Position numbers and translations under genes: made by a program. Of a DNA stretch of 64,000 nucleotides, positions 13,527-26,555 are shown in pieces. The notes under the pieces were generated by a model, which saw only the letters and a list, made by a program, of their open reading frames with translations, ran no database searches and had not been told where the DNA came from. The number at the start of each line of letters is the position of its first letter. The stretch's first letter is position 1. The DNA is from Eledone cirrhosa (Eukaryota), in the NCBI GenBank assembly GCA_964016885.1, contig OZ024741.1, forward strand, positions 185,194,001 to 185,258,000, given 5' to 3'.

Positions 13527-13888
13527 TGTTTTGCGAAGTTTTTTATATGAAATCGTGTGTCGAAACAAATATTGTTATACTTGGGGAGGGTCATATTGTT
13601 GTAATAATATTGCCAGAAATAATAACAGAACACACTCACTGTTTGGTTGGCTTTCCCTTCTGTATCTTTTATATCTCCACAGTTAATTCATTCGGTCCTC
13701 AATGTTTACCATTGACTGACCAACGGTCAAAAATATTTTTCACCGTTGGTCAGTCAATGGTAAACATTGAGGACCGAATGAATTAACTCTGAAGATATAA
13801 AAGATACAGAAGGGAAAGCCAACCAAACAGTGAGTGTGTTCTGATACAATTTCTGGCAATATTATTACAACAATATGACCCTCCCCAA
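13527..13888. mobile_element. Fold-back palindrome (arms 13581-13734 / 13735-13888) plus one-sided tail 13527-13580; related to the 30733-31348 family
   Basis: Near-perfect inverted symmetry centred on aaaaatattttt. Confidence 0.85.
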
Positions 13889-14520
13889 ATATAGCTAGTT
13901 TGTCTAAGGGAATTTCATTCCTTTGTCTCAAATTTCGAATTGACCGCCAAAATGGGGGTTACCTCCCTTTGGGAAAACCACGTGTCTATAGTGAATATTA
14001 CTGCTAGAAAACACATCCGTCGAGGCTATAGAACGCAAGATTGTTGACGAAGTAAATCCTTTGTTCTGTCGTCAAAGGCTATTAACTTGCAGACCCCTGC
14101 AAGCGGAATTAGTCGATCTCGGATTTACAGAAACCTAGCGTGGTGTTGTATGTTATATGTGATGTATATCGTATGCTATACGTTATGCGTTATGTGTTGC
14201 TTTCGATGTCCATATGATGGTCCAGGTCAGTCAAAATCTTTTCCTGAGTTCAGTTTTTTTCGTTGCTATGGCAATGCGGCTGGACTGTCGGTCGCTATAT
14301 TTGATTTGCAAAGCTGTCTAAACGTATTGTTATAACTCTTGGGTATTATTCTCGATCGAGTGCTAAGTTGCATTCCGAATCTGCATTCGTTAGCTTAGCC
14401 GCGGCCAAAAGCTTCGTTAATGCTATACTAAAATTTGTATATATATATATATATGTATATATACACAAAGTATAGAGTACTCTGGTGAGTAATAGACTAA
14501 CTGGCTTTTACCGCTTCCAT

Positions 14521-14580
<60 letters not shown>

Positions 14581-14583
<3 letters not shown>

Positions 14584-14985
14584 GACAAACATAGAATATT
14601 CGAAAATATTCTGTATGTTTATAATAAACATTTTGAAGACCCAATCGCTATAGAATAGAATACGTCACGTATTACAATTTGAGATTCTCGATAAAAGCAA
14701 GGGAAGTAATCTACGCGTTTCATTCTTATTAGAAATCATCAGGACTACATATCCAATGCTTTTATCGAGAACGACACAGCTAGAGACTTATAGAATACTT
14801 AGCTGTGTACAGGAACTGGTTTGAAAGAGCGGTAGCCGGTCCGGCAGAAATTAGAATTTGGATTTAATGCTCTGAAATAGCGATATATATGTGAAGACAA
14901 ACATAGAATATTCGAAAATATTCTGTATGTTTATAATAAACATTTTGAAGACCCAATCGCTATAGAATAGAATACGTCACGTATT

Positions 14986-14990
<5 letters not shown>
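14581..14990 (-). mobile_element. Retrozyme-like mini-element: 312 bp unit with 98 bp terminal direct repeat, flanked by (TA)n
   Basis: 14581-14678 is identical to 14893-14990; contains a hammerhead. Confidence 0.85.
14685..14771 (-). ncRNA. Minimal type I hammerhead ribozyme
   Basis: gtagtc-CUGAUGA-tttctaataagaat-GAAAC-GC-GUA-gattac; distal stem I extension ttctcgataaaagca/tgcttttatcgagaa. Confidence 0.85.
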
Positions 14991-15056
<66 letters not shown>

Positions 15057-15059
15057 TTA

Positions 15060-15325
15060 GGATTTTAAACTCAATAACCGGCGGTGAGTAGTGTGTTGAC
15101 CAAGGCACCTTATTTCACATCATTCCAGTCCCATCGGCTGGCAAAAAAAAATCAGTGGTACAAGTACTTCGAAGGGCCATCTTTGAAACATACTGTGTCA
15201 TGCTGAATCCCTATTGAGAACTACGTTAAGATACGCATGTCACTTGTACATTAATTTCACGAGGTGGCTGTTCTGTTGATTGTATCAACTTGACCCTTCG
15301 TCGTCGTAATCTACAGCTACGTAGT
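15060..15325 (+). mobile_element. Diverged tRNA-derived SINE (family B)
   Basis: caaggcaccttatttcacat core resembles 58740-58760. Confidence 0.5.
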
Positions 15326-16536
15326 GCCAGATATGAGGATCAGTAGTTTCGTGCTTAAATGCACTAGTTTAGAATGTTAGCTTAAGTGCTAACGTTCTGG
15401 TAATCGAATCACTTTTATGGCTTCACAGCTTCGAATATAACTCTAGATCATAACGCTCGTCCTCAAATCTCTCTACACTGTCATTACCAACGAGGAGCTC
15501 CTAAATCCTGCGATTATCCATTAAACCACTGGTTAGCGCCCACGAGGAGCTCCTAAATCCTGCAATTATCCATTAAACCACTTCACCAAGCTGGTTAGCG
15601 CCCTAACATTCTTTTTCGTTCGGGATGAGTTCAACCAAAAGTTGACTGGAGCTTCCATGGTCACAGAAATAGGCTGCACCTACACTAACTGATCTGTTGT
15701 CTAAGTTGAGGCCCAAATCTTCGCTTATTTCAATGGCCCTAACGCCGAGCTATATAGATTTTACATAGGTAACTATCACTGCCACTTCTCTCACCAGGGG
15801 CAATTTGACTCACCTTCCATTGTTTCTTATGCACCTTCTACCATACCCTCGTTTTCACATTTTATATCTCTGCCAATTCCATCAAATTCAACGACACTCT
15901 GTTGATATTGATCACTCCTTTATCATCACCTCTGCCTTCTACAAATCTACTTCGACTTCCCCCTTCTCACACCAAATACAGCCCGCTCTACTCCCAATTC
16001 ACCTTTATTTGCCGCCTGTGTAGCCGAAACCATGATTTCAGATTCAACACATAGTTAGACGCTTCACTCGGCGCGGATAAGTCTGCCTTTTCCCAACATT
16101 CATCATTACACACCTCGCACTCAACTAGTCCAAATATTTACTGACACACTTACACGTAACATACATACATACACCAACGCATACACAAAACTGCACATAC
16201 GTCCATGTGTTCCTCATATACAGACATGTCATTAAATGCCTACACTCACACACGTATTCTACGATTCCAGCAGGCAAACGCACACGTGCTCATCTATATT
16301 CACGCACACTTATAAGTGTTTGTGTATATGTCATATATAAAATATACGCCAATCTCCTGCATGAAAAGAACCTACTCACATAGAGACACGCAGGCATAAA
16401 CGCAATATAGAGACATACATCTGGACAGGTTCAAACACAAGTAAACAAATGATAATAAGACAGTATATACATACAGAAAATGAGGCATTAGAATACAGAA
16501 AAAAACACACAGCCACACACACACATATATATATAT

Positions 16537-17163
16537 ATGTAACTGCTCGGAAGAGCCCCTTCCTGGAGCTTAATTATTGTAAACGACTGAGAGTTTATTC
16601 TCAAAATATAATATAATGTATAGCTCCTTTATTGTGTGAGCTGATCCTTAATCCTGCATAAGCGGCTGTTATTTCTAGCACCGTGAATGCCGGATAGCTA
16701 GTTTTGGCTTGCCTGCACACGTGTAGTCAAACCTGCAAAATTTTTGATGTGAGATAGACTAATTTTACTGGATTCCTGTTGATAGGCACAGTAGATTTGG
16801 GTATTTCACTCTTTTATTTCAACTCCATTTCGATTCTCTTTATTTTTCAATTCACATTCCACCGTTGCGAAGCTTATTTGGGTTTCGAGGTTCAAATTCG
16901 TCTACAGAACAGGTTTGAATTTCGAGATTTAAATATGTCCAGGAATCATGGCTGTTGCCAATATAAGCTTGTCTTTATTGACTTATATCGAGACAGACAA
17001 ATTGTATTTACTTTAATTAGTTTATTTCATTAATAGCTAACTTTGTCTGTTGCAATATGAACACATTTCGTGTTTATCATATATTTTAAATGTAACTGCT
17101 CGGAAGAGCCCCTTCCTGGAGCTTAATTATTGTAAACGACTGAGAGTTTATTCTCAAAATATA

Positions 17164-17170
<7 letters not shown>
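16537..17170. mobile_element. Partial-tandem mini-element: 553 bp unit with 81 bp terminal direct repeat, between (TA)n tracts
   Basis: 16537-16617 is identical to 17090-17170 (atgtaactgctcggaagagccccttcc...caaaatataatataat); no hammerhead recognised. Confidence 0.8.
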
Positions 17171-17240
<70 letters not shown>

Positions 17241-17287
17241 AATTAGGTTCACGCCTCAGAGTGGGATTTATATATATATATATATAC

Positions 17288-17480
17288 GTTATTCCGGGTT
17301 GTTCGGAGGTAACCACAGTATGTAAGGTACTGAATACATTGCAGAGTATAAAAGTTTTAATATAGATGAGATTCTACAGGACTAGAACTGTTTCATTCTT
17401 TAGAAATCATCAGGATTCTTGATGATTTCTAAACAATGAAACAGTTCTAGTCCTGTAGAATCTCATCTATATTAAAACTT
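17288..17480 (-). mobile_element. Fold-back hammerhead mini-element (palindrome 17352-17480 plus tail 17288-17351)
   Basis: Palindrome centred at 17416. Each arm carries a (C/U)UGAUGA...GAAACAG-loop-CUGUA-gaatc hammerhead motif. The tail is homologous to 59062-59130, and a fragment occurs at 7436-7460. Confidence 0.8.
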
Positions 17481-17514
17481 ATATATATATAGAGAGAGAG
17501 AGAGAAAGAGAGGT

Positions 17515-17838
17515 AGAGCAGTGGAGGGTAATATCCGTAGTAGTAGAGCACTCAGTCCATGGGACGAGTTTGGTAGAAGTAGTAGCACAACAGTTAGTTC
17601 ACCATATCGAGAACAATTGTTTCACCTTGCGAATCTTCAGCTCGGATCAGTGTTCTATCTTTATACACATCTCCAACACTGGTCAACAGATTCTTTTCAT
17701 CACGTGGTAGTTTGACTTTCTACCCCGTGACCGCTCTCTACATCCTTGTGTCTTACACAAAGGAATCCGAGCTGAAGATCCGCAAGGTGAAACAATTGTT
17801 CTCGGTATGGTGATCTAACTGTTGTGTTACTACTTCTA
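17515..17838. mobile_element. Inverted-repeat hammerhead mini-element (arms 17574-17647 / 17765-17838) between (GA)n and (TG)n
   Basis: ~74 bp inverted repeats, each holding a hammerhead; extra tail 17515-17573 on the left only. Confidence 0.8.
17767..17805 (+). ncRNA. Minimal type I hammerhead ribozyme (second copy at 17607-17645, -)
   Basis: ccgag-CUGAAGA-tcc gcaa ggt-GAAAC-AAUU-GUU-ctcgg. Confidence 0.85.
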
Positions 17839-17863
17839 TGTATATATATGTATGTGTGTGTGT

Positions 17864-17949
<86 letters not shown>

Positions 17950-18139
17950 TCGTGAGTAAATTATAATATTATTAATATTTGGCTCGTTTGTAAGCAAACG
18001 GCCTTCAAATATCAGCAAGTGTGTATTACCACTTTACGGTATGAGCTGGGTGCTTTTTTTCGTGACACCTACGCCACCACTTTACAGTGTAGGCTGTAAA
18101 TGTTCACATTTTCATAAATATATAAATTAACACATTTCT

Positions 18140-18570
18140 CACTAATCGGCCAATCTCATGTCTTCTCCAATATTCCTCCTTGTTCAATCCAGGATTTTGC
18201 CTGACTACACCACTGTGATAACCTTCTCTCTCTTTATCCTTTGGTTTTTCAATGTATGGTCATATTCACTGCAGCTTATTTGTTACGATGTTATGTTACA
18301 GGACCAAACCATTTTATTTGCCTTCTTTTGACAATTGACAGTATAGTTTCATTCTTCGTAATATTCTCAACACTTTCTTTCCTATCCTAACAATCTTGTT
18401 ACTTTAAAGTTCTATGTATGTAATACGAAACACCTTTCTATATCATTTCATTTCAAAGGTCATTATCGTTTTCTCAATTTCAACATCCAACTACACTGAT
18501 TTGCACAACATAGTGAGCAGTTGAAATTACTACTGTTCGTGAAAGGTGATATTTGTTACCGCTATTTTCT
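18140..18570 (-). pseudogene. Highly decayed RTE-like LINE RT C-terminal fragment
   Basis: Minus-strand remnant KRRQIKWFG resembling the R.L.WFGH motif; many stops. Confidence 0.35.
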
Positions 18571-18700
18571 TTTTATATATATATATATATATATATTTCC
18601 CCAAATAGGGTATAATTTTATAAAAGACACTCTAGCTATTGCCGTCTGACATTTTACATCTCTCTTTGATCTGATATTTGCCATTGTTATTCATCTTTCG

Positions 18701-18792
<92 letters not shown>

Positions 18793-19357
18793 AACACAAA
18801 CACGCACAAACACAGATACACACACATACATTCACAACCACACACACACTCACATGCAAACACGTACACACATGCACTAACGCAGACACACGTGTATATG
18901 TTTCATAAAACGAAACATGTTAAAAGAAAAACAGCAAAAAAACAAAAAATGCTGGCAATAGCGCCAGCACTATTAGTAATAACAACAAGCCCAACAAGCA
19001 CAGTAAAAACAACCACAATAGTAACAAGAATAATATGCACAGGTTCCCAATCCACACCGAAAATAATCACCTTTGCATCGATTAAATTAGCTATTTCAAG
19101 GTCTTACGTAAATGTTTCTATTTAGAAGAAACAGTACCGAAATTCATGTTTTACCAGAATTAGGTACAATGACGTATTCAAACGGTTTAAATGTCATCGT
19201 GACCTTTATAGAGCATTGTCGTGTCTTGTATGTTCTTGTTGTTTTTCTATTATTCAAGTTATTTCTATATCACATTGAAATATGTACAGAAAAATACGTA
19301 CAAAAGCCTATTTGCATACCTAACTAAATCTCTCTATATCTAAATCATTACACACAC

Positions 19358-19399
<42 letters not shown>

Positions 19400-19457
19400 A
19401 ATGAGTTATTTACATGGGACTCATAACATTATGTCATTATCTGTAAATCAACTATTG

Positions 19458-19518
19458 TATTTTATCTGACGATAGGGTACCAACATACGGGTACCCTGGA
19501 AATATATATAATAAAATA
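19458..19518 (+). ncRNA. Type I hammerhead ribozyme in a ~170 bp insert between (TA)n tracts
   Basis: tattttat-CUGACGA-tagggtacc aacatacg ggtaccctg-GAAAU-AUAU-AUA-ataaaata. Confidence 0.8.
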
Positions 19519-19684
19519 AATATGGTTTTATAAAGATAGTTTATATTCATTAATATTATTGATATATATATATATATAGTAATAATAATAAATGTGAGAC
19601 TAAAATCCGAAGAGAGCTCGATAAGGATAATATATATATTAAATATATAAAAACCATACACCATTTATTTATATAACAATATAA

Positions 19685-19715
<31 letters not shown>

Positions 19716-19858
19716 CATATATATATATGCACAAGGACCCACACCCCACCCTCCCGCACCAAAATTAGACTTATTGTCCCCTACTTTTGCTCTTTGCTCT
19801 CTTTACTCTTTGTTCTTGAATGTTTGGTTGGTAGAGTCCATAACACCAATCAAACCCC

Positions 19859-19919
19859 TTTTATAGCTCTGACGAATCCTACGGTTACGTAAGGAAGAAA
19901 CATTGTAAGCCAATAAAAA
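19859..19919 (+). ncRNA. Type I hammerhead ribozyme in a ~230 bp insert between (TA)n tracts
   Basis: ttttatagct-CUGACGA-atcct acggttacgt aagga a-GAAAC-AUU-GUA-agccaataaaa. Confidence 0.7.
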
Positions 19920-19952
19920 TCTTTTGATGTTGTAGACGCTCTTGTGTTCTTT

Positions 19953-20022
<70 letters not shown>

Positions 20023-20024
20023 TG

Positions 20025-20137
20025 TGCGTGTATTTGTATTGGCAGCATGAACCTACAAAAGTATAACAATATATATATATATATATATATATTGTTTTAC
20101 TTTTGTAGGTTCATGCTGCCAATACAAATACACGCAC
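20025..20137. repeat. Palindrome centred on a (TA)n tract; arms belong to the 30733 family
   Basis: gtgcgtgtatttgtattggcagcatgaacctacaaaagtataacaat-(AT)n-attgttttacttttgtaggttcatgctgccaatacaaatacacgcac. Confidence 0.85.
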
Positions 20138-20342
20138 CTGTTAGTTTTCACTTCAATTTATTATAGATCTCCGGCTTTGACAATATATAAACAACCATCT
20201 TCTCTTTGAGCAAACCAACCGGAAATTTATGTGAAGTGAAATCCAAGAGGGGCGTGTGATTTTATTGGCAGGATGACCTTCCCAAACTGATTCAACACAC
20301 GTTTTCAGATAAGAAATATTGCAAAACAAATTTTTAAAATGT

Positions 20343-20437
<95 letters not shown>

Positions 20438-20801
20438 GTATATATATATATGACTGCATATTGTTAGGTGTTTTGGTGAGATTTATAATGAGACTTTTAC
20501 TTATAAATAACTGATTTTGAAAAGATCCAATAGGGGGACGAAATTTTCGTAAATCAATATTTAATGTAGAAACGAATTTGGTGATTAATTTAATGAATAA
20601 TTTGCTTAATGGGTAATTATTACTTTTAACAGAATAGGATTTAGTATAAATGCTTGTTTGAAAAAGATCTTTCAGTGAAGTATGAAACAGCCTTTTGTAC
20701 TGTTTAATATAATAAATTACTGTATTTTGAGCTGCTTTAACTTCACCTATGTTTCCAATTTATTTAATATTGTTTTTTCAAAATAAAAACGATATCTTTT
20801 C

Positions 20802-20984
<183 letters not shown>

Positions 20985-22101
20985 TGTTGAACAATGAAGA
21001 TAAAACAAAAGTCAAAGTTAGGTTGTTATTAGTTTGTTGTTTTAGGATGGTTTCTGAGGTAGACAATGCAATAGATGAGGGATTTCGAGACGAGAAGTAA
21101 ATAGGAACATAACCACTACCTACTAGTAGATATATCGTTCTACCATGATCAATTAACCCTCTGTAGCTTGAACAGAATCTTCGAGGGAATCTTACGTAAT
21201 GATCACCTACTATAAAACTATAGCACTCACCGCCTAATCTCGCTGAAACCATCTAGTCAAGGCCCCATTGAGATCTAACAACGTTATCTGCCCCACCATA
21301 AACATATGGAAACCAATATTAGTTCCTATAGAAACGCATATAGAAATACATGCAAACAAAAGTGGACGATTAGGTCTAATCTTAGCTGAAAAGTAATAAT
21401 AAATTAAAGACTGACATTCATTCAATTTTCTCAACGCCTATTGAAATCCGATCACGACCAGATCTACATTTAAGGCAGTGCATCTTAATATATCACGTTT
21501 GCTTCTGTGTATGTTCGTAAACATTTTCTTGTATAACCTTCTCTAATTCAATTGCACAGGTTGTTACATGTGCTATTATTTCTTGTCAGACGAATCAAGA
21601 TGTAGCAACATTATCAGTGATTGGTTATGCTAAATTATCCCGAATATTTACAGATGGTTAATAACTAAACATTAAGTCTCCCACAATTTCTCCATTGTAC
21701 ATAGGAATACACAGTGGATTCTTATCGAATAATTGAATCTTGAAGAGATAAATCTTTATGGAAGGTTAGATATTATATCTATATATTTATATATATGTTT
21801 GTGTGAGATTTTTTGTGTGCATTCGTTGTTGTTCACCCAAAGTTTACCTTGATTGATCAGTCATAGGAATGATGGAATTATAGATATTACCATCCAGAAC
21901 TGGTAGCTGTTTCAGTGAAAATCTGGAACAGACAATCACAGATATAACTGTACCTAAATAACATCATAGATAGTACAAGAAATATTTATATTTGAACAAC
22001 CTTTTTTCACGGATTAGGTGTTCTACTATCATTTGATATTTTTTAAGCAAATACACTACATTATACACGCGCACACGCACACACACATTCTCTCTCTCTA
22101 T

Positions 22102-22163
<62 letters not shown>

Positions 22164-22303
22164 AAAATAAATATATATATAACTGGATATGATTCCAGTT
22201 CCTCGGAGGACTAACAACACACTCAGGAGCTGAATATATCGATGAATTGACAGAGTGGAACACATTTCAACATGTTTACCTGTTTTTTCCACATTAATTC
22301 GTA

Positions 22304-22356
22304 CTGCCTGATGAGGTCACAGCCAATAATAGCTGTCACCGAAATATATATAGCAG
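22304..22356 (+). ncRNA. Type I hammerhead ribozyme in a ~300 bp insert between (TA)n tracts
   Basis: ctgc-CUGAUGA-ggtcacagc caataata gctgtcacc-GAAAU-AUAU-AUA-gcag. Confidence 0.8.
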
Positions 22357-22492
22357 AGAATTTATAATAAACGAAGCCAAATTTAACTTGTTTGACTTAC
22401 TTATACTCCGGAATAAACAAACCAATCTGCGTACTTCGTCAAGTGCTCCAATCTGCATACTGAGGTGTCGATAAACAACCAACATATACTCA

Positions 22493-22536
<44 letters not shown>

Positions 22537-22583
22537 GGAATAGAATGAAACGAAATTTCATTTCTCACTCTTTGTACGGCACT

Positions 22584-22661
22584 TAAATGTAAGTATATAT
22601 GTATGTATACGTACATACATATATGTATACAGACGTACAGTAGTATGTATATATACATACA

Positions 22662-22692
<31 letters not shown>

Positions 22693-22987
22693 GCACGTAT
22701 CGGTTTACCGAACATTTATTATAATGCTCGGTTTGTTAGAACAAAAAGGTGATTTGGTTGCCTAAACACTGTACGCGTAAGTCGGGCTGTTTGTTTGTTT
22801 ACAAACAAACAAACCGAGCATTATAATAAATGTTCGGTAAACTGATACGTGCATATATATATATATATATGTGTACATGTATGTATATATACATATGTGT
22901 ACATGTATGTATATATACATACTACTGTACGTCTGTATATGTATACATATATGTACGTACATATACATACATACATACTTACATTTA
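22584..22987. repeat. Imperfect inverted duplication (22584-22737 / 22809-22987) including TA tracts
   Basis: atgcacgtatcggtttaccgaacatttattataatgctcggtttgtt versus aacaaaccgagcattataataaatgttcggtaaactgatacgtgcat, plus the adjacent flank cagacgtacagtagtatg / catactactgtacgtctg. Confidence 0.8.
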
Positions 22988-23284
22988 TATATATATATAT
23001 ATATATATGTTTCTATTAGTCAATTCAAAACCTGTTCCCAAACAGACCCATTATATTAAATCTTTGTTGGTTTTTTTCAATAAACAAATATCATTATTTC
23101 TGAAGACAGCATATATATGTGTAGGTATGTATATTCCCTCTGATAGTTTGTAAACATTTTACATAGATCTATATGATATACATACCAACACAAACATATA
23201 TATCCTAGAAAGGATCGTAAAGTGATGAATTTTTTAATATAAGGAACTGTTTCTTTGTTTTTATTCATTATTTTTATTAATATA

Positions 23285-23356
<72 letters not shown>

Positions 23357-23442
23357 CAGTGTGTCCCCCAAAATACTATACAAGATTCAACACCACTCTA
23401 ATAGATATTGCCTGTGCAGGTAAACAATGTGTGTAAATTCTT

Positions 23443-23474
<32 letters not shown>

Positions 23475-23600
23475 TGTATGTATGTATGTATGTATGTATG
23501 TATGTATGTATGTATGTATGTATGTATGTATGTATGCATGTATGCATGTATGTATGCATGTATGTATGCATGTATATATGTATGTATATATGTATGCATT

Positions 23601-23656
<56 letters not shown>

Positions 23657-24260
23657 TATATATGTATGTCTCTTTTATTATGTTTGTGTCAGTATCAATG
23701 TTCTTTATCTAAGCCCATCTGTTGCATTTGTTTACGTTCATTGGTTGAGTGGTTAACAGGACCCAAACAGTTGTAATTAAATCATCGCAACCTCTCCCCC
23801 CCCTCTCACTCTCGCTCTCTATCTCTCTCTTGCTCTCTCTTTCACTCTCTCTCTCTCTCTCTCTCTCTCCCTCTCAATCTCTCTCTCTCTCTCTCTTTCT
23901 CTCTGTTTGCGTGTGTGTGTATAAAAATATCCATGAACCTGTCCTGTATCATATTGAAGGATAGTGTAAAGTTTGAGGGAACCAATTTATTAAATTTAGA
24001 TAAAGAATAAATTCACTAACAGAATAACCTTTGCGTCAGTTTGTTTGACTGTCAAGCAGTAGTTAGTAGAGTCTGTCTGTATGTTTGTCGGTATGTATGT
24101 ATGTATGCACGCCTATATGTATGTCTCTCTCTCACTGGCTCTCCCTTTGTCTCTCACGCAAACACAGTGAGACTTAAACACCATACACATGTACACACAA
24201 ACACACGTAATATTTGCATGTATGCATATATATATATCAGTATATATGTCTGTATATATA

Positions 24261-24761
<501 letters not shown>

Positions 24762-24958
24762 TATTCAGGTTTGAGGTTCACCACTGGATAGAGCTGGTCA
24801 ATTCCGTATGGTCAATCTTAATGTAATAATATGGAGAGTACTCAACGTAAAGCAGTTAAACCGTCTTTGTTTTTGTAGTTGGTGGTGCTATTACGGAGTT
24901 AAATATTATAATGAAATGACAGGATGCTGGACTTGTGTAAATCCTTGAATGGTTTATT

Positions 24959-25016
24959 ATACTATGATCATTTCAATGACCGGGTTCCGTATGAATCCGG
25001 TGATATCATCAGGTAT
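24959..25016 (-). ncRNA. Type I hammerhead ribozyme downstream of the decayed PLE ORF
   Basis: atac-CUGAUGA-tatcaccggattc atacg gaacccggtcatt-GAAAU-GAUC-AUA-gtat. Confidence 0.75.
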
Positions 25017-26555
25017 TCGAAATATAATAAGTGAATGTAATAGATAAAATCCATGGGGCTGAAAATCAAAGACCCGAGGACGACCGCCATCCAGCATCTT
25101 CCACCTTTGCCGGTCGCCCTCGAGTGACGTGGCTAAAGCTTACAGTGTGCTATTCCCGGTCAAATAAAGGAAAACAGAAAGGAATAGGAACATAAGTCAG
25201 CGTTAATATCATGCCACAAGAAAAAAGAAAGAAAGAAAGAAGAGAGAAGAAGGGAGAAGGAAGAAAAGGAAGAAGAAGAGAAGCTAGGGTTAATGTCAGC
25301 TATAAGAAGAAAGACAGAAAGAAAGAGGAGGAAAGGTCGGTATTACAATCAGGCCAGGAATGTCGCGAAAAAAACTTTTATTCTAAGGGACCCGTATCTT
25401 AACAACTACCGGTCAAATATAGGCAAAGAAAAAGGGGGAGGAAGATAAGCAGCGTTAATATCATGCCACAAGGAGAAAGACAGAAAGAAGGGAGAAGAGA
25501 AGGAAGAAAAGGAAGAAGAAGAAAAGTCAGGGTTGATGGCTACAAGAAGAAAGATAGAAAGAAAGAGGAAGAAAGGTCGATATTAATGTCAGACTACAGT
25601 CAGGCCAGGAATGGCGCGAAAAAAATATTTTCAAAGGGACCCGTATCTTAGCAGAGGTAAATATAGTGGGGGTCAGTATGTTATAATGTGTGAGCAGAAG
25701 ATTGGAACGTTACATTTTTGTTTAGATTTATAGGATGAAGTTAAAAATTAATATTTAATATGAACATTATAAAATTAAAAAATTGAAAGTTAAACAGTTT
25801 AACATTTTTAAGGTTGCGAGGTTTAAGCAAAGAAAGAGTCTTTTATGAAGACACTTAAATTTTATTATAGAGAAAAGATTATGTCTTTGTTTAGCCGTCA
25901 AACAGCATGCGGCGACTACAAGCTTGGGCAGCCCATCATTCCGTGTGACATCGCCTAGCGAAAGATATGGAAATCGATTTTTCCGACCACTCTAGGAATG
26001 TATAACAGGCTTCAGGTGCGCCAGCAGTAAGTCAGCCCGCATCGTTAGGCCATCCTTGTACAAAACCAGTCCTATTCCTTTACCCAGGAGGGAGATTTTC
26101 TTAAGTAGAGCGAGGCGTGATACATCTAATAGTTCTGATTTGATCTGTAATTTAAAGGTACTATATGGCGGTCAAAAAACCGGCTGCGCGCCGGGCCCCT
26201 GGGTCGAATAAAGCCACTCCGAGTAGTTTCATTTACCGAAAGAAGTGGAAATTTATTTTTCCAAGCACTCAAGGTAGGCCTATGCGCCAGGGGGCCGGTC
26301 CCGCAGCCAGGAAAACCAACCCAAAGTCCGACAGAAAGTTGGAACGTTAAAATATTGTTTAGATTTATAGGATGAAGTTGAAAGAATTCAGAATAACATT
26401 ATAAAATTAAAGAGTAAGAAGATTGAGAATTGAACAAATAGAAAATTGAAAATTAAACATTTAAAACCTTGCATATACTAATATACTGAAATAAGGTAGA
26501 AAGATGGGTATATTTGTAAAAGATATAAAAGCGTTTACGAAAAGAAGATTTTAAA

